Source: Candidatus Caldarchaeales archaeon
GTDB taxonomy: Archaea; Thermoproteota; Nitrososphaeria_A; Caldarchaeales; Calditenuaceae
Assembly: GCA_039630085.1 (NCBI GenBank)
Contig: JBCNVM010000012.1
Location: 1 to 27,596 of the forward strand
Reading direction: 5' to 3'
DNA: 27,596 nt
Position numbers and translations under genes: made by a program
Part shown: piece after piece, positions 16,709-24,994 of the stretch
How positions within the stretch are numbered: the first letter of the stretch is position 1
Layout of the letters: the number at the start of each line of letters is the position of its first letter
Notes under the pieces: generated by a model
The model's database searches: none
What the model was told of the DNA's origin: nothing
What the model saw: the letters and a program-made list of their open reading frames with translations, nothing else

Positions 16709-16761
16709 GATTTAAACGTCCCCGGACCAAAACCATTATACCGCCGGGCTGGTGGTCCTGC

Positions 16762-17559
16762 GTGGAGGTTCTGCTCGTCTACACGAGGCTGAAGGAGACG
16801 AGCGAGAGGCTCTCCCTCAGGCTCGAGGGCCTCTTGGAGGGCGCCGGGCACCGGGTCACGAGGCTCGACGTCGAGTCCCTAGAGGGCCGAAAGTTCGACG
16901 TGGACCTGGGCGTCGCGATCGGCGGCGACGGCACCATCCTCAGGGCCTTTCACCACCTCGAGGACCCCGAGACCCCCGTCCTCCCGATATCGGTCGGAAG
17001 GGGAGGGTATCTGGCGGAGGTGGGGCCGGAGTCGGCGCAGGAGGCCCTCGAGCGCCTGATCGGCGGGTCCTTCTACACCGAAAGACACATGAGGATCAGG
17101 GTCGAGGCCGATGGCGACCGGGTCGCGGACGTCGTGAACGACGCCTACGTCTCCGCGACGGAGCCCGGAAAGGTGATCGAGTACTCGATCTCGCTGGACG
17201 GCTTCTCCCTCAACGGCATAGTCAGCGACGGTCTGGTGGTCTCGACGCCGGTCGGGTCCACGGCATACAGCTTCTCGTGCGGAGGGCCTGCGGTGGACGA
17301 CTCGGTCGAGTGCATCGTCGCCTCCCCCGTCGCCCCCATCACCTACTTCAGGCCCATAGTGATCTCCGGGCTCAAGTCGGTCGAGGTCGAGGTGGCCGGA
17401 GGGAGGGCGACCGTGCTCTGCGACGGCTACGTGAGGCGGGACGCGCTCAGGGTCGCGAGGTTCTACAAGTCGCCGCACTACGCGGTCCTGGTTAGGGTGG
17501 GAGTCGGCCCCCTCTTCGAGCGGAGGCTGAGGAAGAGGCTGGGTTGGACGATAAGGTGA
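16762..17559 (+). CDS. nadK: NAD(+) kinase
   Basis: Motifs IGGDGTIL, GRGGYL, VVND and DGLVVSTPVGSTAYSFSCGGP. Confidence 0.93.
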   Translation: MEVLLVYTRLKETSERLSLRLEGLLEGAGHRVTRLDVESLEGRKFDVDLGVAIGGDGTILRAFHHLEDPETPVLPISVGRGGYLAEVGPESAQEALERLIGGSFYTERHMRIRVEADGDRVADVVNDAYVSATEPGKVIEYSISLDGFSLNGIVSDGLVVSTPVGSTAYSFSCGGPAVDDSVECIVASPVAPITYFRPIVISGLKSVEVEVAGGRATVLCDGYVRRDALRVARFYKSPHYAVLVRVGVGPLFERRLRKRLGWTIR

Positions 17560-17963
17560 AGGGGGGCAAGTACGTCGTCCTCGACGCGACGCCGGTGATC
17601 GTGAGCCCCTCCGTGCCCCGCGGACTCAGGGCCGCGGTGACGACGCCCTCAGTCGTGGAGGAGCTGCTCCGGACCACGTGGGAGATCCAAGAAGTTAAGG
17701 TTAGGGCGCTCTTGGAGTCGGGGTCCCTCGCGGTGCTCCAGCCGTCCGACGCCTTCGTCGAGAGGGTCAGGGGCTCGATGAGTAAGGACGAGAGGACCAG
17801 CGCCTCTAAGGCCGACGTGGAGGTCTTAGCCCTAGCCCTCCAGCTCCTCGCGGAGGGGAACGACGTCGTCCTCCTCTCCGACGACTCAGTGGTCCGCAGG
17901 GTGGCCGCGAGGCTCGGGATCCCCTGCAAGGGCGTTAAGTACCCCCAGAGGGACAGGACTTGA
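17556..17963 (+). CDS. NOB1-like PIN-domain endonuclease (no C-terminal zinc ribbon)
   Basis: Motifs VVLDAT, TTPSVVEE, SKADVEVLALAL and LLSDD...VAARLGI. GTG 17556 overlaps the nadK stop (GTGA). Confidence 0.8.
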   Translation: MKGGKYVVLDATPVIVSPSVPRGLRAAVTTPSVVEELLRTTWEIQEVKVRALLESGSLAVLQPSDAFVERVRGSMSKDERTSASKADVEVLALALQLLAEGNDVVLLSDDSVVRRVAARLGIPCKGVKYPQRDRT

Positions 17964-18847
17964 GGGGGTTCAGGGTAGCGGTCGTGGGGCACCTCGTCAT
18001 CGACGAGGTCGTGACGGCCTCGGGCACCTATACGTCGATCGGTGGGGTCCCGACGTACGCCGGGCTCTCCATCGCCGCCCTGGGGCACGAACCGGTCGCG
18101 GTGACGGTCGTGGGATCCGACGGCGTCGGGGCGCTCGAGGCGCTAAGGGGCCTCGGGGTGAGCGCGGAGGGCGCGGTCGTCAGGGGGCACGCGACAACCC
18201 GCTTCAGGATCGTCTACTCCGGCGAGTCGAGGGAGATGTGGCTCGCGGCGAGGGCGCAAGACGTCCCTGCCGAACTGCTCGGGGAGGGCTTCGACGCGGT
18301 CTACCTCGGCCCGGTAGCGGGGGAGGTGGGGCCGGAGATCCTGGGGAGGGCGAGGGCCTTCAGGTGGGCGGCCCTGGACCCGCAGGGGCTGATGCGGAGG
18401 TTCGGGGAAGGGGGGAGGCTGGTCTCCGTCGAGCCCGTAGACCTCGACTCGATCAGGGGCATAAGGGTGCTCAGGCTGGCGCTGGAGGAGGCGAGGGCTT
18501 TCGGCTACTCGGAACCCGCAGGGGCAGCGGTCGAATTGAGCCGCTCGACCGGATCGATCGTCGCGGTGAGCGTGGGGAGGGAGGGGGTCTGCGTCTCGGA
18601 CGGCCGGCTCCTCTTGAAGGGAAAGGTGGAGGTGAGGCCCGTGGACTCGACCGGGGCCGGCGACGTCTTCGGTGGGGCCTTCCTGGTGGGGCTGATGGAG
18701 ACCGGCGACGTCCTCGAGGCGACTGCTCTGGGGCTTTCCGCCTCGGCCGAGAGGGTGATGAGGCTCGGGCCGGGAAGGCTCGACGGCTCCGCGATAAGGC
18801 GGAGGGCGTCCGAAGTGAGGGGGGCCCTCGAGGTCCGGAGGGCCTGA
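17960..18847 (+). CDS. PfkB/ribokinase-family carbohydrate kinase
   Basis: Motifs VVGHLVID, GGVPTYAG, TTRF, LDPQGLMR and VDSTGAGDVFGGAF. Confidence 0.92.
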   Translation: MRGFRVAVVGHLVIDEVVTASGTYTSIGGVPTYAGLSIAALGHEPVAVTVVGSDGVGALEALRGLGVSAEGAVVRGHATTRFRIVYSGESREMWLAARAQDVPAELLGEGFDAVYLGPVAGEVGPEILGRARAFRWAALDPQGLMRRFGEGGRLVSVEPVDLDSIRGIRVLRLALEEARAFGYSEPAGAAVELSRSTGSIVAVSVGREGVCVSDGRLLLKGKVEVRPVDSTGAGDVFGGAFLVGLMETGDVLEATALGLSASAERVMRLGPGRLDGSAIRRRASEVRGALEVRRA

Positions 18848-18859
18848 GCCGCGCTGCGC

Positions 18860-19450
18860 TCACAGGTTCAGCCTAGCCGCCAAGCTCCTGGCGAGCTCCA
18901 GCTCCTCCGGCGAGTCGACGTCCAGCAGCTCGAGGGGGTCGACCATCACCGGCCTGGCGATCCCCGCGTGCCTGAGGACCACCTCCTTGGCGCCCCTGTC
19001 GCCCTCGAGGCCCATCAGCTCTCCGAAGAACGCCGATGAGAAGGCCGCGGGGCTCCGGACCTCCCCGGTCACCGTGCAGTAGGCTATGCCCGCGCCGCAC
19101 GCCTCGACCAGCCTGTCCAGCGTCTCCGGCCTGAGGAACGGCATGTCGCCCGGACAGATCACGGCCCCGCTGGCCCTCCCGGCCACCGCCTCGACCCCCC
19201 TCCTGATGCTGGAGGACATCCCCGACCTCCAGTCCGGGTTCATCACCGGCTCTACGCCCTCCGGGAGCTCCTCCCTGACCCTCTCGGCCATGTTCCCTAG
19301 GACAATGACCACCGGCCTGCACCTCGACCCCAGGGCCGCCTCCGCCACCCTCCTGACCAAGCTCCTCCCTCCGACCTCCTCCACCAGCTTCAGCCCTCCC
19401 CTCATCCTGCTCGAGGGCCCTGCAGCCAAGACCACCGCCGCGAACCTCAT
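18860..19450 (-). CDS. mocA: Molybdenum cofactor cytidylyltransferase MocA-like nucleotidyltransferase
   Basis: Motifs VVLAAGPSSRM, KL, NPDWRSGMSSSI, GDMPF, LEGDRGAK and DVDSPEE. Confidence 0.85.
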   Translation of the reverse strand: MRFAAVVLAAGPSSRMRGGLKLVEEVGGRSLVRRVAEAALGSRCRPVVIVLGNMAERVREELPEGVEPVMNPDWRSGMSSSIRRGVEAVAGRASGAVICPGDMPFLRPETLDRLVEACGAGIAYCTVTGEVRSPAAFSSAFFGELMGLEGDRGAKEVVLRHAGIARPVMVDPLELLDVDSPEELELARSLAARLNL

Positions 19451-19519
19451 TCCATTTTCACCTCACCCAACGTAACGTTCTTATACTGTCCTATTACAAT
19501 AATTCCCGAGTGATGGAAG

Positions 19520-19654
19520 ATGCCAGCGAAGAAGGCTAAGAAGGCGAAGGCGGCGAAGAAGAAGGCCGCGAAGAAGGCGCCTGCGAAGAAGAAGCCACCG
19601 GCCAAGCCACCGGAGAAGCCCCCGGCGCAGGGACCGCCACCCGCTGGGACCTGA
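19520..19654 (+). CDS. 44-aa Lys/Ala/Pro-rich basic peptide (histone H1 tail-like), not in the ORF track
   Basis: MPAKKAKKAKAAKKKAAKKAPAKKKPPAKPPEKPPAQGPPPAGT*. All 15 Lys use AAG. An AT-rich region lies upstream (19481-19504) and a T-tract downstream. Confidence 0.75.
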   Translation: MPAKKAKKAKAAKKKAAKKAPAKKKPPAKPPEKPPAQGPPPAGT

Positions 19655-19683
19655 ACACTGAAGCCGTTCAAAGTAAAGGAACG

Positions 19684-19692
19684 TATTTTTTA
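19684..19692 (+). terminator. T-tract, putative archaeal terminator for the small basic ORF
   Basis: TATTTTTTA about 30 nt after the stop at 19654. Such runs are rare in this GC-rich window. Confidence 0.45.
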
Positions 19693-19950
19693 TGACCGGT
19701 CGTTCTCCTTCCTCGCCCTAGCCCTTATCGCCTCTATCAGCTCATCCCTGGACCTGCCCTCGGTCGGGATGCCCAGCTGTTCCGCAACCCTGTAGACCTC
19801 GTCCTCCGACTCCCCTCGAGATACCTCTGCCCTGAGCCTCCCCAACGTCCTCCCCCACTTCACGATCACCTCAGGCTTCAGGAGGACCCAGACGAAGACC
19901 ACGACCGCAGCGATCAGAAGCGCCTCGAAGACAGATATCAAACCCCTCAC
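19690..19950 (-). CDS. Divergent TatA/TatB-like protein
   Basis: N-terminal TM, amphipathic helix GRTLGRLRAE, and C-terminal VAEQLGIPTEGRSRDELIEAI shared with the upstream tatA. It has a GTGA overlap with tatA. Confidence 0.7.
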   Translation of the reverse strand: MRGLISVFEALLIAAVVVFVWVLLKPEVIVKWGRTLGRLRAEVSRGESEDEVYRVAEQLGIPTEGRSRDELIEAIRARARKENDRS

Positions 19951-20264
19951 TTCTTCTCCTTGAGCCTGGCCGCGATCTCGTCGGCTATCTGCTCCCTGGT
20001 CTTGCCCTCGGTCTCGATGCCCAGCGACCTAGCGATCGCGATCACGTCGGGCTGCTGGGCCCTGCTGGGCGTCGGCTGGGCCTCGGAGACCGCGGACCTG
20101 ATTTCCTCGGTTATCTCCCTGGAAGCCCTCTCGTACTCCCTCCTCGCCTGGCCGATCGCCCTGGCTATCTTTGGGATCTTCTCGGGCCCCCAGAGGAGGA
20201 GGATCGCGATCACCGCAAGGACGATTACCCACTCCATGCCCTGAATCAAGACCCTTCCCAACAC
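19947..20264 (-). CDS. tatA: Twin-arginine translocase subunit TatA
   Basis: GMEWVIVLAVIAILLLWGPEKIPKIARAIGQARREYERA. Confidence 0.92.
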   Translation of the reverse strand: MLGRVLIQGMEWVIVLAVIAILLLWGPEKIPKIARAIGQARREYERASREITEEIRSAVSEAQPTPSRAQQPDVIAIARSLGIETEGKTREQIADEIAARLKEKK

Positions 20265-20371
20265 CGGACGCCCCCTCGAGGTAAAAAGGTTTCCCGGAGA
20301 GGCTGCGACGGGTCGGGAGCGATGTCGAGCCAGCTTTAACTAATATTGCGTTCCTCGATGGACCTGACGGG

Positions 20372-21340
20372 TTGGCTGAGGGGATCCCTTGGATCGAGAA
20401 GTACAGGCCGAAGACGCTGGCCGAGGTGATCGACCAGGAGCAAATAGTGAGGGCGCTCAGGGGGGTGCTCGAGACGAAGAACGTCCCCCACATGATCTTC
20501 GCGGGGCCGCCGGGCGTCGGGAAGACCGCGACCGCCCACGCCTTCGCGAGGGACCTCTACGGGGAGAGGTACGTCGAGGACGGTCACTTCCTCGAGATCA
20601 ACGCCTCCGACGAGCGGGGGATCGACGTGATAAGGGAGAAGGTGAAGACCTTCGCGAGGACCATACCGATGGCCGGTCCGGGCTTCAAGATCCTCCTCCT
20701 CGACGAGTCCGACATGCTGACCGCGGAGGCGCAGCACGCCTTCAGGAGGGTGATGGAGCAGTTCTCGGGGACCTGCAGGTTCGTCCTAGCGGCCAACTAC
20801 CTGAACAGGATCATCGAGCCTATCCAGTCGAGGTGCGCGGTCTTCAGGTTCAGGCCGATCGACGAGTCGGGGGTCAGGCAGATGGTCGAGAGGGTCGCGA
20901 AGGCCGAGGGCCTCGGGGTCGAGGACAGGGCCCTAGCGGCCCTCTACGACGTCTCCGAGGGCGACCTGAGGAAGGTCCTGAACGTCCTCCAGACGGCCTC
21001 GATCTACTCGAGGAACGTCACGGCCGACTTGGTCTACAGGGTCGCGGGGCTCGCGGGGGCGGTGGAGGTCAGGAGGATGATGGAGCTCGCGCTGGACGGC
21101 AAGCTCGACGAGGCGAAGCGGATCCTCAGGCAGGCCCTCTACGTCGACGGCGTCTCGGAGAGGGAGATCGTCAACAGGATGTACGCCGAGGCCTTCTACG
21201 TGCCGATCAGGGAGACCGACAGGGCCAAGCTCCTGAGCCTCCTCGGCGAAGTGGACTACAGGATATCTCAGGGAGCGACCCCGGAGGTCCAGTTCATGAT
21301 GGTCCTGGCGAGCCTCCACGCCCTATCCCGGTCCTCCTAG
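20372..21340 (+). CDS. rfcS: Replication factor C small subunit
   Basis: Motifs PWIEKYRP, GPPGVGKT, EINASDERGIDVIR, LLDESD and IIEPIQSRC. No intein. Confidence 0.97.
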   Translation: MAEGIPWIEKYRPKTLAEVIDQEQIVRALRGVLETKNVPHMIFAGPPGVGKTATAHAFARDLYGERYVEDGHFLEINASDERGIDVIREKVKTFARTIPMAGPGFKILLLDESDMLTAEAQHAFRRVMEQFSGTCRFVLAANYLNRIIEPIQSRCAVFRFRPIDESGVRQMVERVAKAEGLGVEDRALAALYDVSEGDLRKVLNVLQTASIYSRNVTADLVYRVAGLAGAVEVRRMMELALDGKLDEAKRILRQALYVDGVSEREIVNRMYAEAFYVPIRETDRAKLLSLLGEVDYRISQGATPEVQFMMVLASLHALSRSS

Positions 21341-21392
21341 CCCCGACATAGGTCGGATCAAGGCTCTTATAGCTGGTGGAGCTGGATGCGCC

Positions 21393-21887
21393 GTGCCAGC
21401 CAGGCAGGCTAGGGTCGACAGGATAACCTCCGAGATCGTGAGGATGCTGAACGACCCGTCGCTGAAAGGGCTCGCGACCCTGAGACACTACCCGATGGAG
21501 AAGAGGATCTACGCGAGGTTCGGGAGGTGCGGGTTCGCCTTGGACCTCGCCTTCGACGCGGGCAAGGAGAAGAGGCTCGTCTCGGTCCTAGTCGAGGCGG
21601 TCGCGAAGGGGGCCGGGAGGGGAACGAAGGCCGGCTACGCGAAGTCGGGCGGGACCGTGACCGCGTACTTCGTCGAGGTCGTCGGCAACGCGAGGCGCTA
21701 CAGGACGATGAGGTCGACCTACAGGGACGCCGAAGAGCTTTTCTCTCAGGTGGAGAGGGTCAGGTCGGAGTTCTACAGGAGGTACGAGGAGATCAAGTCG
21801 AGGACTCCGGGCGCGGTGGGCAGGATAGAGGCGGAGGTCTTCCACTCGATCGGCATCACCGAGCCGGACCTCTTCCTGGGCGTCTAG
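21393..21887 (+). CDS. Hypothetical protein (basic, alpha/beta, family not recognised)
   Basis: 164-aa ORF with the window's typical codon bias. CTTATA lies about 25 nt upstream of the GTG. Confidence 0.8.
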   Translation: MPARQARVDRITSEIVRMLNDPSLKGLATLRHYPMEKRIYARFGRCGFALDLAFDAGKEKRLVSVLVEAVAKGAGRGTKAGYAKSGGTVTAYFVEVVGNARRYRTMRSTYRDAEELFSQVERVRSEFYRRYEEIKSRTPGAVGRIEAEVFHSIGITEPDLFLGV

Positions 21888-22309
21888 CTCAGGTACCTCT
21901 CGATCAGGGCCCTGAACCTCTGCTTCGGCATCGCCCCGACGATCGCGTCGACCGGCCTTCCGTTCCTGAAGACCATGAAGGTCGGTATGCTCATTATCCC
22001 GAACCTCGCCGCGGTCCTGGGGTTCTCGTCGACGTTGAGCTTCGCGAAGACCACCTTCCCGGCCATCTCCTTCGCGAGCTCCTTCACCACCGGCGCCATG
22101 AACCTGCAGGGCATGCACCACTCCGCCCAGAAGTCCACGACCACAAGCTCGTGTGACCCGACGAACTCGTCGAAGTCGCCGTCGGTGAGGTCGACCGGGT
22201 GGTCGATGACCTGCCGGCTCGGCTCGGTCGGGCTCGCCTGAGACCTCATCCGCTCCATCAGCTTCCGCATCTTGATCCTCTCGAGCTCCGAGTCGTCCAG
22301 TCCGCTCAT
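21884..22309 (-). CDS. trxA: Thioredoxin (WCMPC) with N-terminal helical extension
   Basis: Motifs VVVDFWAEWCMPC, KLNVDEN and IMSIPTF. The start is ATG 22309 or GTG 22318. Confidence 0.95.
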   Translation of the reverse strand: MSGLDDSELERIKMRKLMERMRSQASPTEPSRQVIDHPVDLTDGDFDEFVGSHELVVVDFWAEWCMPCRFMAPVVKELAKEMAGKVVFAKLNVDENPRTAARFGIMSIPTFMVFRNGRPVDAIVGAMPKQRFRALIERYLS

Positions 22310-22447
22310 TCCTCCCACCCGGCAGAAGGGCTTCTAAAATAGGGTTGCCCCGCGACGCCGGGAAGGGCTCTAGGGCTTCGGCCCCCGAAGCAGCGCCGCC
22401 GAGTCGACGCGAACCGGTGAAATACCGCCCCGTGACCGCAGGCCCGG

Positions 22448-23404
22448 ATGAGGATCGTCTCGCTGGTGCCGAGCGTGACCGAGACCCTCTACGCGCTCGG
22501 GCTCCACGACGAGGTCGTCGGGATATCCTACGCCTGCCCGAACCCGCGACCGAACGACCACAGGAGGGTCGTGGTCCACCCCGTCCTCGACACCGAGGGG
22601 ATGAGCCAGTGGGAGATCGACAGGGCGGTGAGGGAGCGCGTTGCCGAGGGCAAGCCCCTCTATGTCGTCGACTTCGACGCGATCTCGGAGCTCGAGCCAG
22701 ACCTGATCTTCGTCCAGGACCTCTGCCACGTCTGCGCCGTCACGACCCCTCAGGTCCAGACGGAGGGCCTGACGACGATCGTCTCGATCTCGCCGAAGAC
22801 GATCGGGGAGGCGCTGGAGGCGATGCTCGAGGTCGCGAGGCTGACCGGAAGGGAGAGGGAGGGGAGAGAGCTGGTGGAGGGCCTTAGGGCGAAGATGGAG
22901 TTCGTCAGGGAACTCGTCTCAGGTCTCGAGGCGAAGAGGACGCTCTTCATGGAGTGGGTCTACCCGCCCTTCTGCAGCGGCCACTGGGTCCCGGAGATGG
23001 TGAGGACGGCCGGCGGCGTCGACTTCGGGGAGCCGGGGAAGCCCTCGAGGAGGGTCTCGGCCGAGGAGCTGGTGGAGTTCATGCCCGAGGTGGTCGTTGT
23101 GGGGCCCTGCGGCTTCGACCTCGAGAGGTCCCTGAGGGACGCGGAGACGCTCTCGGAGCTCGACTGGTTCAGGAGGCTCCCTGCCTACGCGAGGGGGGAG
23201 GTCTACGCGGTCGACGCGAAGCGGTTCTTCAGCGGTCACGGGCCCTCGATCGCCGACGGCGTCGCGGTCCTCGCGGAGGTGATCCACAACGAGAGCGTAG
23301 GTGACGTCGCGCCGGAGGGCTCCTACGCGGAGGTCAGGTTCGACCGGGCCGCCTCAGGCCGAGGAGGTAAAGGGCGAGGAGCGCCCCTGTCATCGCGAGG
23401 GTGA
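22448..23404 (+). CDS. BtuF/TroA-like (cobalamin/iron-complex) binding-protein homolog without signal peptide
   Basis: Motifs MRIVSLVPSVTE, LEPDLIFVQDLCHVCAV, EWVYPPFCSGHWVPEMV and GPCGF. Confidence 0.88.
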   Translation: MRIVSLVPSVTETLYALGLHDEVVGISYACPNPRPNDHRRVVVHPVLDTEGMSQWEIDRAVRERVAEGKPLYVVDFDAISELEPDLIFVQDLCHVCAVTTPQVQTEGLTTIVSISPKTIGEALEAMLEVARLTGREREGRELVEGLRAKMEFVRELVSGLEAKRTLFMEWVYPPFCSGHWVPEMVRTAGGVDFGEPGKPSRRVSAEELVEFMPEVVVVGPCGFDLERSLRDAETLSELDWFRRLPAYARGEVYAVDAKRFFSGHGPSIADGVAVLAEVIHNESVGDVAPEGSYAEVRFDRAASGRGGKGRGAPLSSRG

Positions 23405-24311
23405 GGTAGTAGGTGAGGAGCCTCCACCTCAGGACCGCCTCCCAGTCCGAGATGCCGTAGACCCCGGACGCGTAGAGGAAGACACCGGCCTCCGTGACGC
23501 CTGCCCCTCCCACTGAGACCGGAAGGACACCGAGCGCGTTGCCGGCCATCGTGGAGAAGAGCGCCCTGATCAGCCCCTCGGCCGAGAGGTCACCCGAAAG
23601 GGCCGCGAGGACGACGGAGGGGAGGGTCGCAACCGCCAGCGACGCGGTCGCGACAGCGGCGGTCCTCGGGAGGGAGCCGGGGTCGGCGAGGGACCCCAGC
23701 ACGCGCCTCATCTCGGCGACGCCGTCGCTCATCCGCCTCCTGATGGCCGGCGGCAGCAGGACCGAGAACCTCCCTTGAGAGCCTTGCCCCTCCCTGCCGG
23801 CGTAGGAGGTTAGCAGCGAGACGCCCGCGAGCTGCAGGACCGAGACCGCGAGGACCGCCGAAGCTATCGCCCACGAGCCGACCGCTGCCGCGTAGAGGCC
23901 CGCGACAGCCGCGAGGGGCGCGGAGACCGCGACGTCGACCACGAGCTCCGCGGTGGCGATCCAGAAGGCGGCCATCGGCCTCTCGCCCCTCCTCGCGAGC
24001 ATCGCGGCCCTTGCGGCCTCGTCGGCGACGAAGGGCACGGTCGTGAGCGCGAAGAACTCGCTCGCCCCTCTCATCACGATCGCCTCCCTCAGACCCACGC
24101 TCACCCTCCCGACGGCCCCGACGATTAGGTAGAACCTGAGGGCTTGGCTGGCCAACCTGAGGACCGCGACCGCGAGGGAGAACCCGAGCAGGTGGGGAGG
24201 GACCGAGTAGAGGTCCGAGAGGTCGACGCCTGAGGCCCTCGAGAGCGCTAGGAGCACGGCTACCGCGACCGCGGCGCCCGCGACGGAGATCTTCAGCTCC
24301 CTGTGGACCAA
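23334..24311 (-). CDS. Flippase-like membrane protein (LPG synthase TM/UPF0104 family)
   Basis: Multiple TM segments and the C-terminal LPVSVGGAGVTEAG...WRLLTYY motif. Confidence 0.8.
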   Translation of the reverse strand: MVHRELKISVAGAAVAVAVLLALSRASGVDLSDLYSVPPHLLGFSLAVAVLRLASQALRFYLIVGAVGRVSVGLREAIVMRGASEFFALTTVPFVADEAARAAMLARRGERPMAAFWIATAELVVDVAVSAPLAAVAGLYAAAVGSWAIASAVLAVSVLQLAGVSLLTSYAGREGQGSQGRFSVLLPPAIRRRMSDGVAEMRRVLGSLADPGSLPRTAAVATASLAVATLPSVVLAALSGDLSAEGLIRALFSTMAGNALGVLPVSVGGAGVTEAGVFLYASGVYGISDWEAVLRWRLLTYYLTLAMTGALLALYLLGLRRPGRT

Positions 24312-24421
24312 GCCGCGACCCCGACGCCACGGAGTTCAAGCGACAGGAGGTATTTGAGCGGACCCAGTCCACCGACCGACGAGCTGCGATCGTCGCTCTA
24401 CCCTTATTACCACTCGGGAGC

Positions 24422-24994
24422 GTGTGGTCAACGTTGAGGATCAGACCCGTCGTGGCCGCGCTGGACATCGAGACGACCTCGCTGCACGCGGACGTTGGGC
24501 ATCTGGTCTGTGCGGTGATCGGTGACTACTGGACAGGGAGGCTGAGGGCCTACGCGGTCAGGAGGCCGGCGGAGGAGAGGACCGTTCTGAACAGGGTTGT
24601 GAACGACTTGGGGAAGGCACACCTGCTCTTCACCTGGAGGGGGAGGGAGTTCGACGTGCCGTGGCTCGTCTCTAGGTCGATCAAGCTCGGTGTCGATCCG
24701 GGGCCGCTCTACAACCCGAGGCACATCGACCTCGCTGACATCGTCGAGAAGCAGTTGAGGCTGAGCAACGACTCGCTCTGGAACGTCGCACGGTTCTTGG
24801 GGCTGAGGAGGTCCGAGCCGACGAGGGGCGCCGACGTCCCCTCCCTCTACGAGGCGGCTCTCCTGGGGAACAGGGCCGACATGGCGAAGATACTCAGGCA
24901 CTGCAGGGAGGACGTCTCGCTCACGATCTCTGTGGCGAAGAGGCTCAGGCAGCTCCTCCAGAGGCTCTACCCGGACCTGCCTAGTCTATCCTGA
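24422..24994 (+). CDS. RNase H-like DEDD 3'-5' exonuclease (YprB/RNase_H_2 family)
   Basis: Motifs LDIETTSL, TWRGREFDVPW, HIDL, SLWNVARFLG and HCREDV. The start is uncertain (24422 or 24434). Confidence 0.88.
   Translation: MWSTLRIRPVVAALDIETTSLHADVGHLVCAVIGDYWTGRLRAYAVRRPAEERTVLNRVVNDLGKAHLLFTWRGREFDVPWLVSRSIKLGVDPGPLYNPRHIDLADIVEKQLRLSNDSLWNVARFLGLRRSEPTRGADVPSLYEAALLGNRADMAKILRHCREDVSLTISVAKRLRQLLQRLYPDLPSLS

Noticed and set aside
19527-19595. Short repeats (GCGAAGAAG) considered as CRISPR or tandem repeat DNA
   Set aside because: They are explained by repeated Ala-Lys-Lys codons, with no repeat-spacer structure.
19447-19671. 74-aa minus-strand Phe/Ala/Gly-rich ORF
   Set aside because: It is the antisense mirror of the K/A/P peptide. 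The plus strand has host-like codons, an ATG start and a terminator.
22415-22430. Resemblance of GGTGAAATACCGCCC to a 23S rRNA segment
   Set aside because: The match is only about 15 nt, with no flanking rRNA similarity.
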